A DNA stretch of 64,000 nt from a virus: the IMG/VR virus record IMGVR_UViG_3300045988_130225, positions 1 to 64,000 of that record. One strand, given 5' to 3'. Under the pieces are notes generated by a model. The model was not told the DNA's origin and did no database searches. It saw nothing but the letters and a program-made list of their open reading frames with translations. Shown here piece by piece: positions 35,731 through 45,500 of the stretch; within the stretch, counting starts at the first letter, position 1; each line of letters starts with the position of its first letter. The position numbers and the translations under genes are program-made.

Positions 35731-36096
35731 TTATCCAATAATCAGCACTTGGATGGGTAAATCTTCCGTTGGCTTATTCTTATAAGCTGTAAGAGTAATC
35801 TGATTTTCTGCTTGTGCTGTACACTGAATGATACATTTCATGGATAGTTTAATTTGGTCTAAGGTTGCATTTGAAGCTAAACCAACCTCAATATTATTCT
35901 CAGCCGTAACACCATTTACTGTTAAAGTTAATGTATATGGTGCATTATCACCTTGCCAATCTGCACTAGGAGCATTTACTTGCACACTTACAGATTTAAA
36001 AGCACCATTTTCTACATTTTTTATTTTAGTCTGAGGATATAATTGGTCATATCCAGTATCAGTTTTTACATTCATTTCTATGTTATAACTTGCCAT
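35731..36096 (-). CDS. Hypothetical tail-module protein (121 aa)
   Basis: Start moved to the ATG at 36096 (MASYNIEMN...), just downstream of the upstream gene's stop. Confidence 0.6.
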   Translation of the reverse strand: MASYNIEMNVKTDTGYDQLYPQTKIKNVENGAFKSVSVQVNAPSADWQGDNAPYTLTLTVNGVTAENNIEVGLASNATLDQIKLSMKCIIQCTAQAENQITLTAYKNKPTEDLPIQVLIIG

Positions 36097-36116
36097 ATTT
36101 TCACCAACTTTCTTTA

Positions 36117-36806
36117 TTAAACTTCGATAGATAAAATTTTCCACCATTGACCACCAACTTCTAATTGTTCGTCAGTTGGTTCTGTTTCAGATACAATAAC
36201 TCTTGCTTTTGGAAACTTCATAAATACCTGCCATGTGCTAGGTGTGGTATCTGGTTGAACATTTGTATTCGCTTTTAAAGCAATATACATTACATTTTCA
36301 TAAGTAACAACGTCATTAATAGCATAATTTACTGTTTTATCCCAAACATCTTTTAACTGAACGTCAATACTTGTCGCACCAACCTCACCTTTTAAGCCAA
36401 TCAACACCCAGTATTCCATATCAGTAGGCAGATTTCCAGTTGATTGTTTTAAACACATATAAACTTGTTTGTCATAAACAACAAAGTTATACATTTCATA
36501 TTGTATATCAGCTTGATATTCTTTCTTATTTATGTAATTATTAAGCATTGTCTGAAATAATTGTTCATCTTCTGCAAGTTTAACCTCTACTGCATTGTAA
36601 TATAAATTCTGTAAATATTCAAGAGCCGTATGAATCATATTGAAACATATTGGCATAACCGTTTCAGAATCAATGTCATCATTGTTCATAATTAACGCTA
36701 ATGCTTGACTAAAATAACCCTCTCTAAAATATTGAGAAAACTGTTGCATTAAGTTTCTATTACTTAATGATAAGTCTTGCCAACGTCTGACTTCAAAACT
36801 TGCCAT
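36117..36806 (-). CDS. Tail/baseplate protein with a C-terminal CBM5/12-like repeat
   Basis: WDKTVNYAINDVVTYENVMYIALKANTNVQPDTTPSTW. Confidence 0.65.
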   Translation of the reverse strand: MASFEVRRWQDLSLSNRNLMQQFSQYFREGYFSQALALIMNNDDIDSETVMPICFNMIHTALEYLQNLYYNAVEVKLAEDEQLFQTMLNNYINKKEYQADIQYEMYNFVVYDKQVYMCLKQSTGNLPTDMEYWVLIGLKGEVGATSIDVQLKDVWDKTVNYAINDVVTYENVMYIALKANTNVQPDTTPSTWQVFMKFPKARVIVSETEPTDEQLEVGGQWWKILSIEV

Positions 36807-36820
36807 ATTTTTTTCCTTTC

Positions 36821-37552
36821 TTAGTTCACAATTCTAAACCATAAATCACCAGTTTCTTGTTGACTTGGCGTTCCCCCTTGTACTGGAATTTCTCTAGGTC
36901 TAACAGAACCAATATTAACCCAGTATTGCGAACCCTCAAAAGGTGCTTGGTTATTATTAGCTTCAATACAAGCCCACACATAGTTACCGTATGTTACTAC
37001 GTTCTGTGTGGTGTAATGTACTGTACTATCCCATTCTCCTAAGAAAGACAATCCCTCACCAGAATCACCTTTTTCACCACGAATAGAAAGCACTCGCCAA
37101 TAAGTTGTATTTGTGGGATCTGTTCCCAAAGGTGGATTAGTAACAGCAATATACACATAATTTACACCGTTATAGGTGTATGTTACAAAGTTATTCTTAG
37201 AATAGGTTATAGTAGGGTTATATATTCCCTTATAGCCAAATAAATTGATGATATTCTGCCATTTAATTTGCTTGCCCTCTACATAAGGTTGCACATCAGT
37301 TTTATAAAAATTTTCCAACGCTTCACAAGTATTGATAATCGTATTTAATTTTTGAGCATTGATAATCTTTTGATTACCGTTTGGAATTTGTGCAAATATA
37401 TTTTGTGCGGTTTCATAATCATTAGACTGAATAGCTGTCTGATATTGCTGAATTAATTGTGCGTCAGAAGCCGTAATATCCAAAAAAGTTGTAAATGTTT
37501 GTACTTGATTAGGAAAAGTCGTACTCGGAAATTGAGGGTAACGTTCACTCAT
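36821..37552 (-). CDS. Tail/baseplate protein with two CBM5/12-like repeats
   Basis: YSKNNFVTYTYNGVNYVYIAV...YW and WDSTVHYTTQNVVTYGNYVWACIEAN...YW. Confidence 0.65.
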   Translation of the reverse strand: MSERYPQFPSTTFPNQVQTFTTFLDITASDAQLIQQYQTAIQSNDYETAQNIFAQIPNGNQKIINAQKLNTIINTCEALENFYKTDVQPYVEGKQIKWQNIINLFGYKGIYNPTITYSKNNFVTYTYNGVNYVYIAVTNPPLGTDPTNTTYWRVLSIRGEKGDSGEGLSFLGEWDSTVHYTTQNVVTYGNYVWACIEANNNQAPFEGSQYWVNIGSVRPREIPVQGGTPSQQETGDLWFRIVN

Positions 37553-37586
37553 AAATCACACTTCCTTTCTATGTAATCTAAATATT

Positions 37587-37615
37587 ATTATATATTATTC
37601 TTTATTTTATTACAA
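37587..37615 (-). promoter_or_regulatory. Sigma-A-type promoter restarting the baseplate/fibre operon
   Basis: Minus strand reads TTGTAA, 17-nt spacer, TATAAT, immediately after the terminator. Confidence 0.55.
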
Positions 37616-37650
37616 CAAAAAAGAGTGAATCTATTAAGAAACACTCTTTC
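37613..37650 (-). terminator. Rho-independent terminator of the non-coding unit
   Basis: Minus strand has the AAAGAGTG / CACTCTTT stem (37620-37627 / 37642-37649) followed by TTTTTTG. Confidence 0.7.
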
Positions 37651-37995
37651 TTGCTACCAAAAACGTATTACAGGAGGTTTAATGAAAATAAGAAAAATAT
37701 GCTTAGTTCTTTTTTCCAAGCATTATGTCACCATTCACCTTTTATCTCTCGCACATAAAAGGGTTCAGCTTTTTGTGACTAACTACCTATCTAATCATAG
37801 GTTAGTTTGAATTGTCACCATCACAGGCTTTTTTCAACTTTAGCTGAATTAATTTCATTATCACTATGGCAAGTAAATGATAATGAAAATCCAGTTAAGA
37901 AAAGGAACGTTGTGGATTTTTCGCACATGGATACGAACAACAATGTATACAATTTATAAGGAGAACATATATCTTTTATTTCCTTTCCTTAACTT
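37620..37995 (-). ncRNA. Candidate structured non-coding RNA (~380 nt)
   Basis: It lies between its own promoter (38002-38030) and terminator. No minus-strand ORF reaches 60 aa, and it contains at least five internal perfect 5-9-bp hairpins. Confidence 0.5.
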
Positions 37996-38001
37996 AATTA
38001 T

Positions 38002-38030
38002 ATCTTACCATACTTTACGCCTTGTGTCAA
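38002..38030 (-). promoter_or_regulatory. Sigma-A-type promoter, extended -10, for the non-coding unit
   Basis: Minus strand reads TTGACA (38025-38030), 17-nt spacer, TAAGAT (38002-38007) with TGG upstream. Confidence 0.7.
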
Positions 38031-38057
38031 TAGTTATTTTGAAATATTTCCACTTAT

Positions 38058-39470
38058 TTAGAAACTTTCGTATTCTGGATAATAAGCAATCATACTTATA
38101 TTCATTGAACCACTTTCTTGCATATCAGCACTAAAACTTTTTACAAGATACTGTTTTGGAACTGTAGAATCTTTAGGTGTGTATGAAACAACTATATTTA
38201 CGTCAAGCCACCATATAGGGACACATGTCAAACTTACACTGTCATTCATTCTGGTTCGTAAATATAATTCATATTTAGCACGTTGTCTTGCTAAATCATT
38301 AGTATATATATTATCATATTCACCCCCAGACAAAGGAATTGCTATCTCACCTATTGTACCCCCTACATAATAAGGGCTTTGTGGATTATCGTCTTTAGCT
38401 TCACCGTATATCTGTTGATAGCCTAGGTATATAAACTTACCATTCTGGTATCTGGCAACGTAATACTGGTTGTTACGGTCTAGTACCGCCGCTGTTCCGT
38501 CCTCATTAACCAAAGGTAATGCGCTGTTATCATTCACTTTAATATAAGGACTTGCAACTGCTGTAGTAGCCGTCCAACCTACTGTGAAACTTGTATCTGC
38601 ATCAAAAGTTGTTGGATAATCTGCAATAGTAAGAGTATAAGTATTTCCACTCTGAGTTATATTACTTGGATAATATGTTGGGTCGATTGATTTTCCAAAT
38701 ACTCTTACTACATTTTTAACGCTTTCAAAATCAGACGTAATACTTTCTGATGTTACAATATTATCCCATACATCGTCATCCAATAAAGACGGTTCATTAT
38801 GTCCACTTGGAATCTTTTGATACCTAAATACTCCGTTTACATCAAAGAAAATTTCCATAGTTGCATCTACATCTCTTAATTGAGAAAGTAATGAATAAAC
38901 ACTATCACCAACGTCTACTTGTATATCATAAGGTAAAGCATATGGCAATTCTTCAAGGACATATTTAGTTACTCCTACTAACTTTAACACACTAATCATA
39001 GCGTTTCTTACGTTACTACCTTGTGGAATCGTTGTTGGCATATCTGAAATATAACCATTTCTTGTACCATTCAGTCTTGCCATAAGGTCAAGTCCCTCAA
39101 ATGATAATGAATTAGTAGAAGCGTCATAATTCCATGTAGGGGTATTGATAAGATAAATACCTAAATTTACCCATTCCCAGTCTTTTGCAAGTATATCATA
39201 TTCACCTATATAAATCTGAACATATCTATCCAACCATATTCTTCCACCAGATTTTATCTCAAAATCAGCGGTATCTTTCAGTGCTAAAGTAATACTACAT
39301 GAACGCCTTTGGTCATTGTTACTATCACAATTTATATTACCACTGATAACATAACCCTGTATTTCATTTACGGTCTGATACTCATAATTGAGCAGATTTA
39401 TCTTTATTTGACGTTCTCTCATTCGTTGTTTTGCGATATTGTATAAATTTTGCGTTATATTTAATGGCAT
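38058..39470 (-). CDS. Tail/baseplate structural protein (470 aa), function unassigned
   Basis: Large ORF in the post-tape-measure array. Confidence 0.65.
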   Translation of the reverse strand: MPLNITQNLYNIAKQRMRERQIKINLLNYEYQTVNEIQGYVISGNINCDSNNDQRRSCSITLALKDTADFEIKSGGRIWLDRYVQIYIGEYDILAKDWEWVNLGIYLINTPTWNYDASTNSLSFEGLDLMARLNGTRNGYISDMPTTIPQGSNVRNAMISVLKLVGVTKYVLEELPYALPYDIQVDVGDSVYSLLSQLRDVDATMEIFFDVNGVFRYQKIPSGHNEPSLLDDDVWDNIVTSESITSDFESVKNVVRVFGKSIDPTYYPSNITQSGNTYTLTIADYPTTFDADTSFTVGWTATTAVASPYIKVNDNSALPLVNEDGTAAVLDRNNQYYVARYQNGKFIYLGYQQIYGEAKDDNPQSPYYVGGTIGEIAIPLSGGEYDNIYTNDLARQRAKYELYLRTRMNDSVSLTCVPIWWLDVNIVVSYTPKDSTVPKQYLVKSFSADMQESGSMNISMIAYYPEYESF

Positions 39471-39483
39471 AATTTATCCTCCC

Positions 39484-40416
39484 TTACGTTCCAGTAGTAG
39501 AAACTCCACTTACTACTGGTTCTACTAATCCAAATTCCATAAGGTCTTTTTCGTTATTTGCGTCACCAACCTCAACGTAATCAAAGGAAATATCTACCTT
39601 TCCCATACCCCAGTTGTTGTCATATGTAATGTTTGGTTCTGAACTTGGATAAACCAAATGTATCGAGTTATTCCAATCCTTTATGATTTTTGCTTTATTA
39701 TTTGTGATATAATTCAATATTTCTTCTGTTAATTTATTGATTTCGTATCTATTCATTATCCTATTCTTTTCATAATCCAAAGGTAGGACAGTAAAACTGA
39801 TACTATTGCTGTAATAATTCGTCTTAGCATTAGCAACAATTACTGGATATTTACTACCATAAGGCTCAAATACACCTATCTTCTTAACACGTTTACCAGT
39901 ACCATATGCTACCCCAGCGTAGAATTTATATATACTATCCTTTTCACAAATGAATACGCCCTTGAATTGAGAAGTGATACTATTGGTAATATAATCGCCC
40001 TCAGCACCGTTCAATATAGGAACTAAAGCATATTCATAATCTGTATTATTAGCGGCTATATAATCATTAAAAGCAAAGTTTAAATCTTCAAATGCTTTTA
40101 CTGTAACTGTCTTTAAAGTAACCCAGTTAAATGTACCTTTAATTCTACGTTTTACTTTAATAGCGGTCAAATATTGCAGTAAGAAATCTACATTACCGCC
40201 ATTGATATTACCGTCAAAATTAGCAACAATAATATCAAGATAAGCCCATTCAGTATTTTTAATAGGTGAATAATCACTAGTTACATTACTAGTTAAATGA
40301 AAATGGTCAAAGATACCGTTCTGAACTTGAACTGTTGTTACATTATTTACACTGGTAGGTGCAATATCTAGGCTGTTACCGTCTTGTACGAAATTGTACC
40401 CTAAGAAAGAAAACAT
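39484..40416 (-). CDS. Tail/baseplate structural protein (310 aa), function unassigned
   Basis: ORF in the post-tape-measure array. Confidence 0.65.
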   Translation of the reverse strand: MFSFLGYNFVQDGNSLDIAPTSVNNVTTVQVQNGIFDHFHLTSNVTSDYSPIKNTEWAYLDIIVANFDGNINGGNVDFLLQYLTAIKVKRRIKGTFNWVTLKTVTVKAFEDLNFAFNDYIAANNTDYEYALVPILNGAEGDYITNSITSQFKGVFICEKDSIYKFYAGVAYGTGKRVKKIGVFEPYGSKYPVIVANAKTNYYSNSISFTVLPLDYEKNRIMNRYEINKLTEEILNYITNNKAKIIKDWNNSIHLVYPSSEPNITYDNNWGMGKVDISFDYVEVGDANNEKDLMEFGLVEPVVSGVSTTGT

Positions 40417-40452
40417 ATTATCCTCTCACCTACTTTCTATTTGTTGTTATTA

Positions 40453-41577
40453 TTAATTTGTTGCAGTAGGAATTACGCTACCTAAATTTATCAAAGAAAT
40501 ATTATAAACATTTCCTATTCTTCTCACCCATAAAGTAAGATAATCTGTATTTTGTGGTAATGGAATATATTGAGAATATCTATAATAAACATCTTCTGCA
40601 ATACCACTGTCCACAGTCATATCTACATAGGCTTTAAGTTCTGTTTCGTTTCTATAATATCCGTTCCTATAAGTAAACGTAATCTTTTGACCTTGTGAAT
40701 TAGTAAAAAATGAGATTGGTGTGTCTACGTTCATATCTCTAAACCACCATTGAGCCGTAAAATCTCCGTTTAATTGGAAACCACTTGTCCACTTTGTCCA
40801 GTAACCGTCTGGTCTTAAATCAATTTCTTTACCGTCTACATTAGTAATATATATTGGTTCTTCTGGATTGCTTGAACCCTCAATAATACTAACAATACTT
40901 TCACCAGTGATATAACCATTAGTGCAATCATTAGTCAAACCAAGAATACCAAACACAGTTGGACTGGAATATGTAACAGTGATTAATATTTCACCAGTTG
41001 TTACATAAGTTCCATAAATAGTATAACCCTTGATTTCAATGTAATAAGTTGCTTTATCATCTAATCCAGTCAATAAATAAGTTTGAGTTACTGGTGGTTT
41101 AATACTCTGACCACCATAAATCTCACCACTGTTATTAATTTCAACATGGTTAGAATTATATAGAATCACATTATAATAGTTTAATAATTCACCCTCAATC
41201 TGATTATATGTAAACTCAAATAAAAAACTTGAAGAATTGATAATATTATTTGCGGGTAAATTGGTAAACTCTATTGTAGGTTGAGTATAGCACCAAAACT
41301 GTATAGGGTCACTTGGACTACTTACTTCGCCTTGTGCGTCATAAGTAGTTACATAAGCGTTATAATATGTACCATTAGTTAATGTATTAGGTGGAACAGT
41401 ATGCTCAAACTTAAATGAGTCCACAGACTGTTGGTATACAACTTGGTTTGTGGTGTTGTTACGAATTGTTAATTGGTTCTTTACAACTTGATTACCACCT
41501 GTTGAATAGAATGTAAATGTTGACTTTTGAGAAGCGTCAAATGCATTTATTGAATATAATATCGGTTTAGTTACCAT
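40453..41577 (-). CDS. Tail/baseplate structural protein (374 aa) with beta-rich FN3-like repeats
   Basis: ORF in the post-tape-measure array with repeated beta-strand-like segments. Confidence 0.6.
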   Translation of the reverse strand: MVTKPILYSINAFDASQKSTFTFYSTGGNQVVKNQLTIRNNTTNQVVYQQSVDSFKFEHTVPPNTLTNGTYYNAYVTTYDAQGEVSSPSDPIQFWCYTQPTIEFTNLPANNIINSSSFLFEFTYNQIEGELLNYYNVILYNSNHVEINNSGEIYGGQSIKPPVTQTYLLTGLDDKATYYIEIKGYTIYGTYVTTGEILITVTYSSPTVFGILGLTNDCTNGYITGESIVSIIEGSSNPEEPIYITNVDGKEIDLRPDGYWTKWTSGFQLNGDFTAQWWFRDMNVDTPISFFTNSQGQKITFTYRNGYYRNETELKAYVDMTVDSGIAEDVYYRYSQYIPLPQNTDYLTLWVRRIGNVYNISLINLGSVIPTATN

Positions 41578-41597
41578 AAAATTTAATCACCTACTTT

Positions 41598-42452
41598 TTA
41601 AGATGTTCTTTGCCAAATATAACAACAAAGATATGGCTGTACAGTTGAAATAGTTTGTGTTGTTAATGTTACATCTCCGTGTGTATGTCCTTGTTCTCCA
41701 CCTGCACCTAATGTAGTTGTAATAGTACCTTTACTCCAATCATTAAACCAACCACCGTTGTTATGAATTTGAAAACCATTATTAGCCGAAATTGGAGAAA
41801 ACTCATTAGGCGCCGCAGAGTCATGTTTTACTGCTATAATACTTGTATTGCTATCCATACCATGTTGATGGTTTGGAATTTCATTTATTGTTAATACATG
41901 ATTTTGCGTTGTGTGTGCGTGAGTATAATCATTACTATACACACCGCCCAGTTTTCCTGCTTGATTAAAGCTATCTTGATTAGTGTCAACGCCTACTAAA
42001 GTTCTTCCTTGTCCTATTAACAACCAACTTCCACCAAAAAAAGTTGAAGGATTAGTAGCAACCAAAGAAAGATAAATTGAACCAACAGGATAAACATCTA
42101 AAGCACTAATACCACCAGATTTGCTACTTCCACCACCGCTTATATACATATTACTTGCTTGATTTTGTGGGTATGTGACTTTTACAATATCATTTATCTT
42201 AAAGTTTGCGACAGAGTAACTAGGAACTCTGCTATATTCTTTATTATCTATAACAACATTATATGTACCATCAGAATTTAAACTTTTAATCAAACCAGTT
42301 TTAGTAATATCTCTAGGTGCTTTATTAACTTCCTGCTTTGCAATAATTCTCATAGCTTCAAGTATTTCTTTATTTATATCCCATGTTTTAGCATCAAGGC
42401 TACTATTCCCTCGCTTAACATCGGTTCCTTTATTGTTGTATAAATTTTGCAT
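41598..42452 (-). CDS. Tail protein with a phage tail-collar-like domain
   Basis: VYPVGSIYLS......FFGGSWLLIGQGRTLVG, then His-rich HTTQNH / NHQH / GHTHG segments. Confidence 0.65.
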   Translation of the reverse strand: MQNLYNNKGTDVKRGNSSLDAKTWDINKEILEAMRIIAKQEVNKAPRDITKTGLIKSLNSDGTYNVVIDNKEYSRVPSYSVANFKINDIVKVTYPQNQASNMYISGGGSSKSGGISALDVYPVGSIYLSLVATNPSTFFGGSWLLIGQGRTLVGVDTNQDSFNQAGKLGGVYSNDYTHAHTTQNHVLTINEIPNHQHGMDSNTSIIAVKHDSAAPNEFSPISANNGFQIHNNGGWFNDWSKGTITTTLGAGGEQGHTHGDVTLTTQTISTVQPYLCCYIWQRTS

Positions 42453-42509
42453 AATTCAATTCACTTCCTTTACCAAAACAAACAAAATCTTTATAGTAAA
42501 AGGAGAGAA

Positions 42510-45500
42510 TTAATCTCTCCTTCCACCCATCTGTAATGCTCTGTTTTTTAAATTCTTTAATTCGTCAATAAATGATTGTGCGTTGGTAACATTTGGTAAT
42601 GTAAGATTTTCAAAAGCGTAGTTATAAATAGGTGCAGACTGTCCACCCATTTTTCCTACAATACTGTTTAACCATTGTGTAGGTGAGAATTTACCAAGTT
42701 GCATAAGATTCTCAGTCAAATGATTAGGAATAATACCGTCACCCTCATTAGACCTTGAACCAAGAACTCTTAATTCTCGACCTTTTTCACCAACCATAGA
42801 TAAACCATAACCTTTTGTTGTACCGTTTGCATAAGCCCCCGGGCCATGTGAAGTATCATCTTCATACCAGTTATCACCACCAGACCCATGAGAATATTCA
42901 GGTTCTTTATCAGTCCAATGTTCTTCTGGGTCAAGTTCGTCACCAAATTCTTCATCATCATCATCATCGTAACTTTTATATCTTGTCTTAAGTGTACTCA
43001 TTATTTCATTATATCTATCTACATAATCTTGAAGATTACCAAGACGTTTCTCCCAGTTTTCACCCTCTAAACTAATGCCTAATACTTGTTCAGCAAGAAG
43101 TTTATTCTGTTCAGTTGTATAATTATCTGTAACATTTCCCCATTCATCTTTATACTTTTGCCAATACTTTATCTGTTCTTCAACTGAATTAATTGTAGCG
43201 TCACGAATATCTTCTAATCGTTTTATCTCTTTCTTGGTGTCTTGCTCTTTCTTATATTGTGTAAGAGCAGTTTTAGCTTCGTCTACAGCAGATTGGTCTG
43301 TTTCGTAAACAAAACCTTGTCCCTCTCTATATATTCTTACTTTCTTTTGTTGTGCTTTTGCTAAAGCATCTAACTTTTCTTGTAGTTCAATTTCGTCATT
43401 TGTTGCATCGTTCTTTTCGTTTATTTTGTCAATCTCAGCATCGTACTGGTCTTGAATAGCTTGTTTTCTTTCGTTAAGTGCATCAATTTCTTTTTGCGCT
43501 AATGAAGCAACATAACTAAACGCTGTTTCCAGATTAGATTGTTGTTCCTCATACCAAGCCTTTTCTTCCTCCCACTCTTCTTTACGTGCTTTCTTACGCT
43601 TTTCTGCTTCTTGCTCTGCTTTTCTTGTATTTTCTTCTTCAAGTTTATTACGTCCAGAATAAATCTCTTCTTCAATTTTCCAACGTTGCTCTGCGTATTT
43701 TTCTTCATTACTATAGAACTCTTTCATTAATTCTTCAAGTTCGTCATAGTATTCCTGTTCAGAAATCATATCCATAGCAAGTTGATGTTTTAAGAGGTTA
43801 TAACGCTCAGTATAAGCCGCATCATGGGCTTTTGTCATACCGTCTAAGGCTTTCTCATGATACTTGTTATATTCATCCTCATACCCCTCTTTATCTTTGT
43901 AGTATTTATTTGTAAGTTCTTCAAGCTGTTCATAATACCATTTATCTGTAGCGGCATTATCTTTCATTGAAGCCTTTTGTTTATCTAAAGTAGCAAGTTC
44001 TTTTTCAAATGCTTCTTTATATGCTTTAGCGTCTGCTTTTGCTTGTTTTTCTGCATCTGAGGTTGAGGATTTCTTAGAACCACCGCCACCTTTACCAGAT
44101 TTGCCACCAGATGTAGACGGTTTAAACTGTAATCCTTTTCTCAATTCCTCTAAAAGTTTTTGATTTTGTTGATTACGGTAAGCTTGAACTTGTGCGTCAA
44201 ATCCTTCTGAGTAAGATTGAACACCAACACCGCTACTGCCTGTTCTAGCTTTTGGTGCGGCACCAGATACAGCATCTAAACTAGAAGCAAATTGTAAAAT
44301 TCCTTGCGCTCCTTGTGCAAATTGGTTACCTGTTGTTATAGCCGTATTACCAATCGTTGTTAAATAAGGATTTGCTTGTGAACTTGCTGTTCCCACTTGT
44401 TGAATAGAAGTTCCTAAATTATCAGAACCTTGTTTCCCTATTTCTGCGTTTGTGCCAACTTTTTGCTCACTTTCACTAAAAGTATCTAATCCTTGTGAAC
44501 TAGAAATAGCAGAAATCCCACTTTCAGTAAAGCTTTGTGCCATTGACATTAAAGAAGCATCGTTAACAACTAATTGACCATTTACCATTTGTAAAGAATT
44601 AAGATATTCTGGGTTTAAAGATAATAAATCAGCCATTGTATCTATTGTAACACTACCAGTTTTATTGTATTCGTCTGCTACTTCATGTAAAGTATCATAA
44701 GCGTCTTGAACACCTTTTAATTCTGATGTAAGACTTTTAATAGCTTCTTCAAATTCTTCTGTTTGAGAAGCGGCTTCACCTGCATCTTCACCATATTGAT
44801 TTACGCCATCAGCGGCTTCTTTTGCTTTATCACCATTATCTTGTAATTCAATTCCTAATGCTTTTGCAAAATCTGGAAATTGCGTAGCAACAACTTCATC
44901 TAATGCTTCTTTAAATAACGGAATCTGCGAATTATTTTTAAGCAACGCATTGTATACACTTTCAAAAGAACTAAGACTATCATATTGAGTATTTATAAAA
45001 GATTGCGTCTTTTTATCAACATCAACCGTTGCATCAGCGGCTTCTCTTGTAAGTGTAGCAGTTTTATTATATTTATCCTCTAATTCAACAAGAGTATTAC
45101 TTAAGAACGCTAAAGTTTGCTGATGTAATTTTGTTTGATTATCTTCTTGTTGCATTGCGGTAATAGTAGTGTTTAAATCCGCTATTAATTCTTTATAACC
45201 ACCTGCCGCTTCATAAACGCCTTCACCCAAACTCTTTGTATATTTATTATAAAACGCCTTAAAAGATTCACTGGATTCAGTATCAGAGGTAAATTTCAAA
45301 GGAATATAAAACGAAGTTCTATTTAACATATCCTGTGTTGCTTTTTGCGCTTTCTGAATTTCAGCTTGATTTCTGTTCAAAAAATCTTGTGATTTTTCAG
45401 CATTTTCTTTACTAAGTAAATCTAAACCTTCTGCTCTTGTTCCGTTCAAATTTGATAGTGCTTCTTCTTCAACACCATAAGCCTTAGCAAGTTTGGAAAT

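Noticed and set aside
37625-38134. Plus-strand ORFs 37625..37810 (61 aa) and 37877..38134 (85 aa), including an internal ATG at 37682 preceded by AGGAGG.
   Set aside because: I found no plus-strand promoter. They run antisense to a unit with a clear minus-strand promoter and terminator, and their products are low-complexity. The 42-codon ATG ORF with the strong Shine-Dalgarno remains a minor alternative to the ncRNA interpretation.
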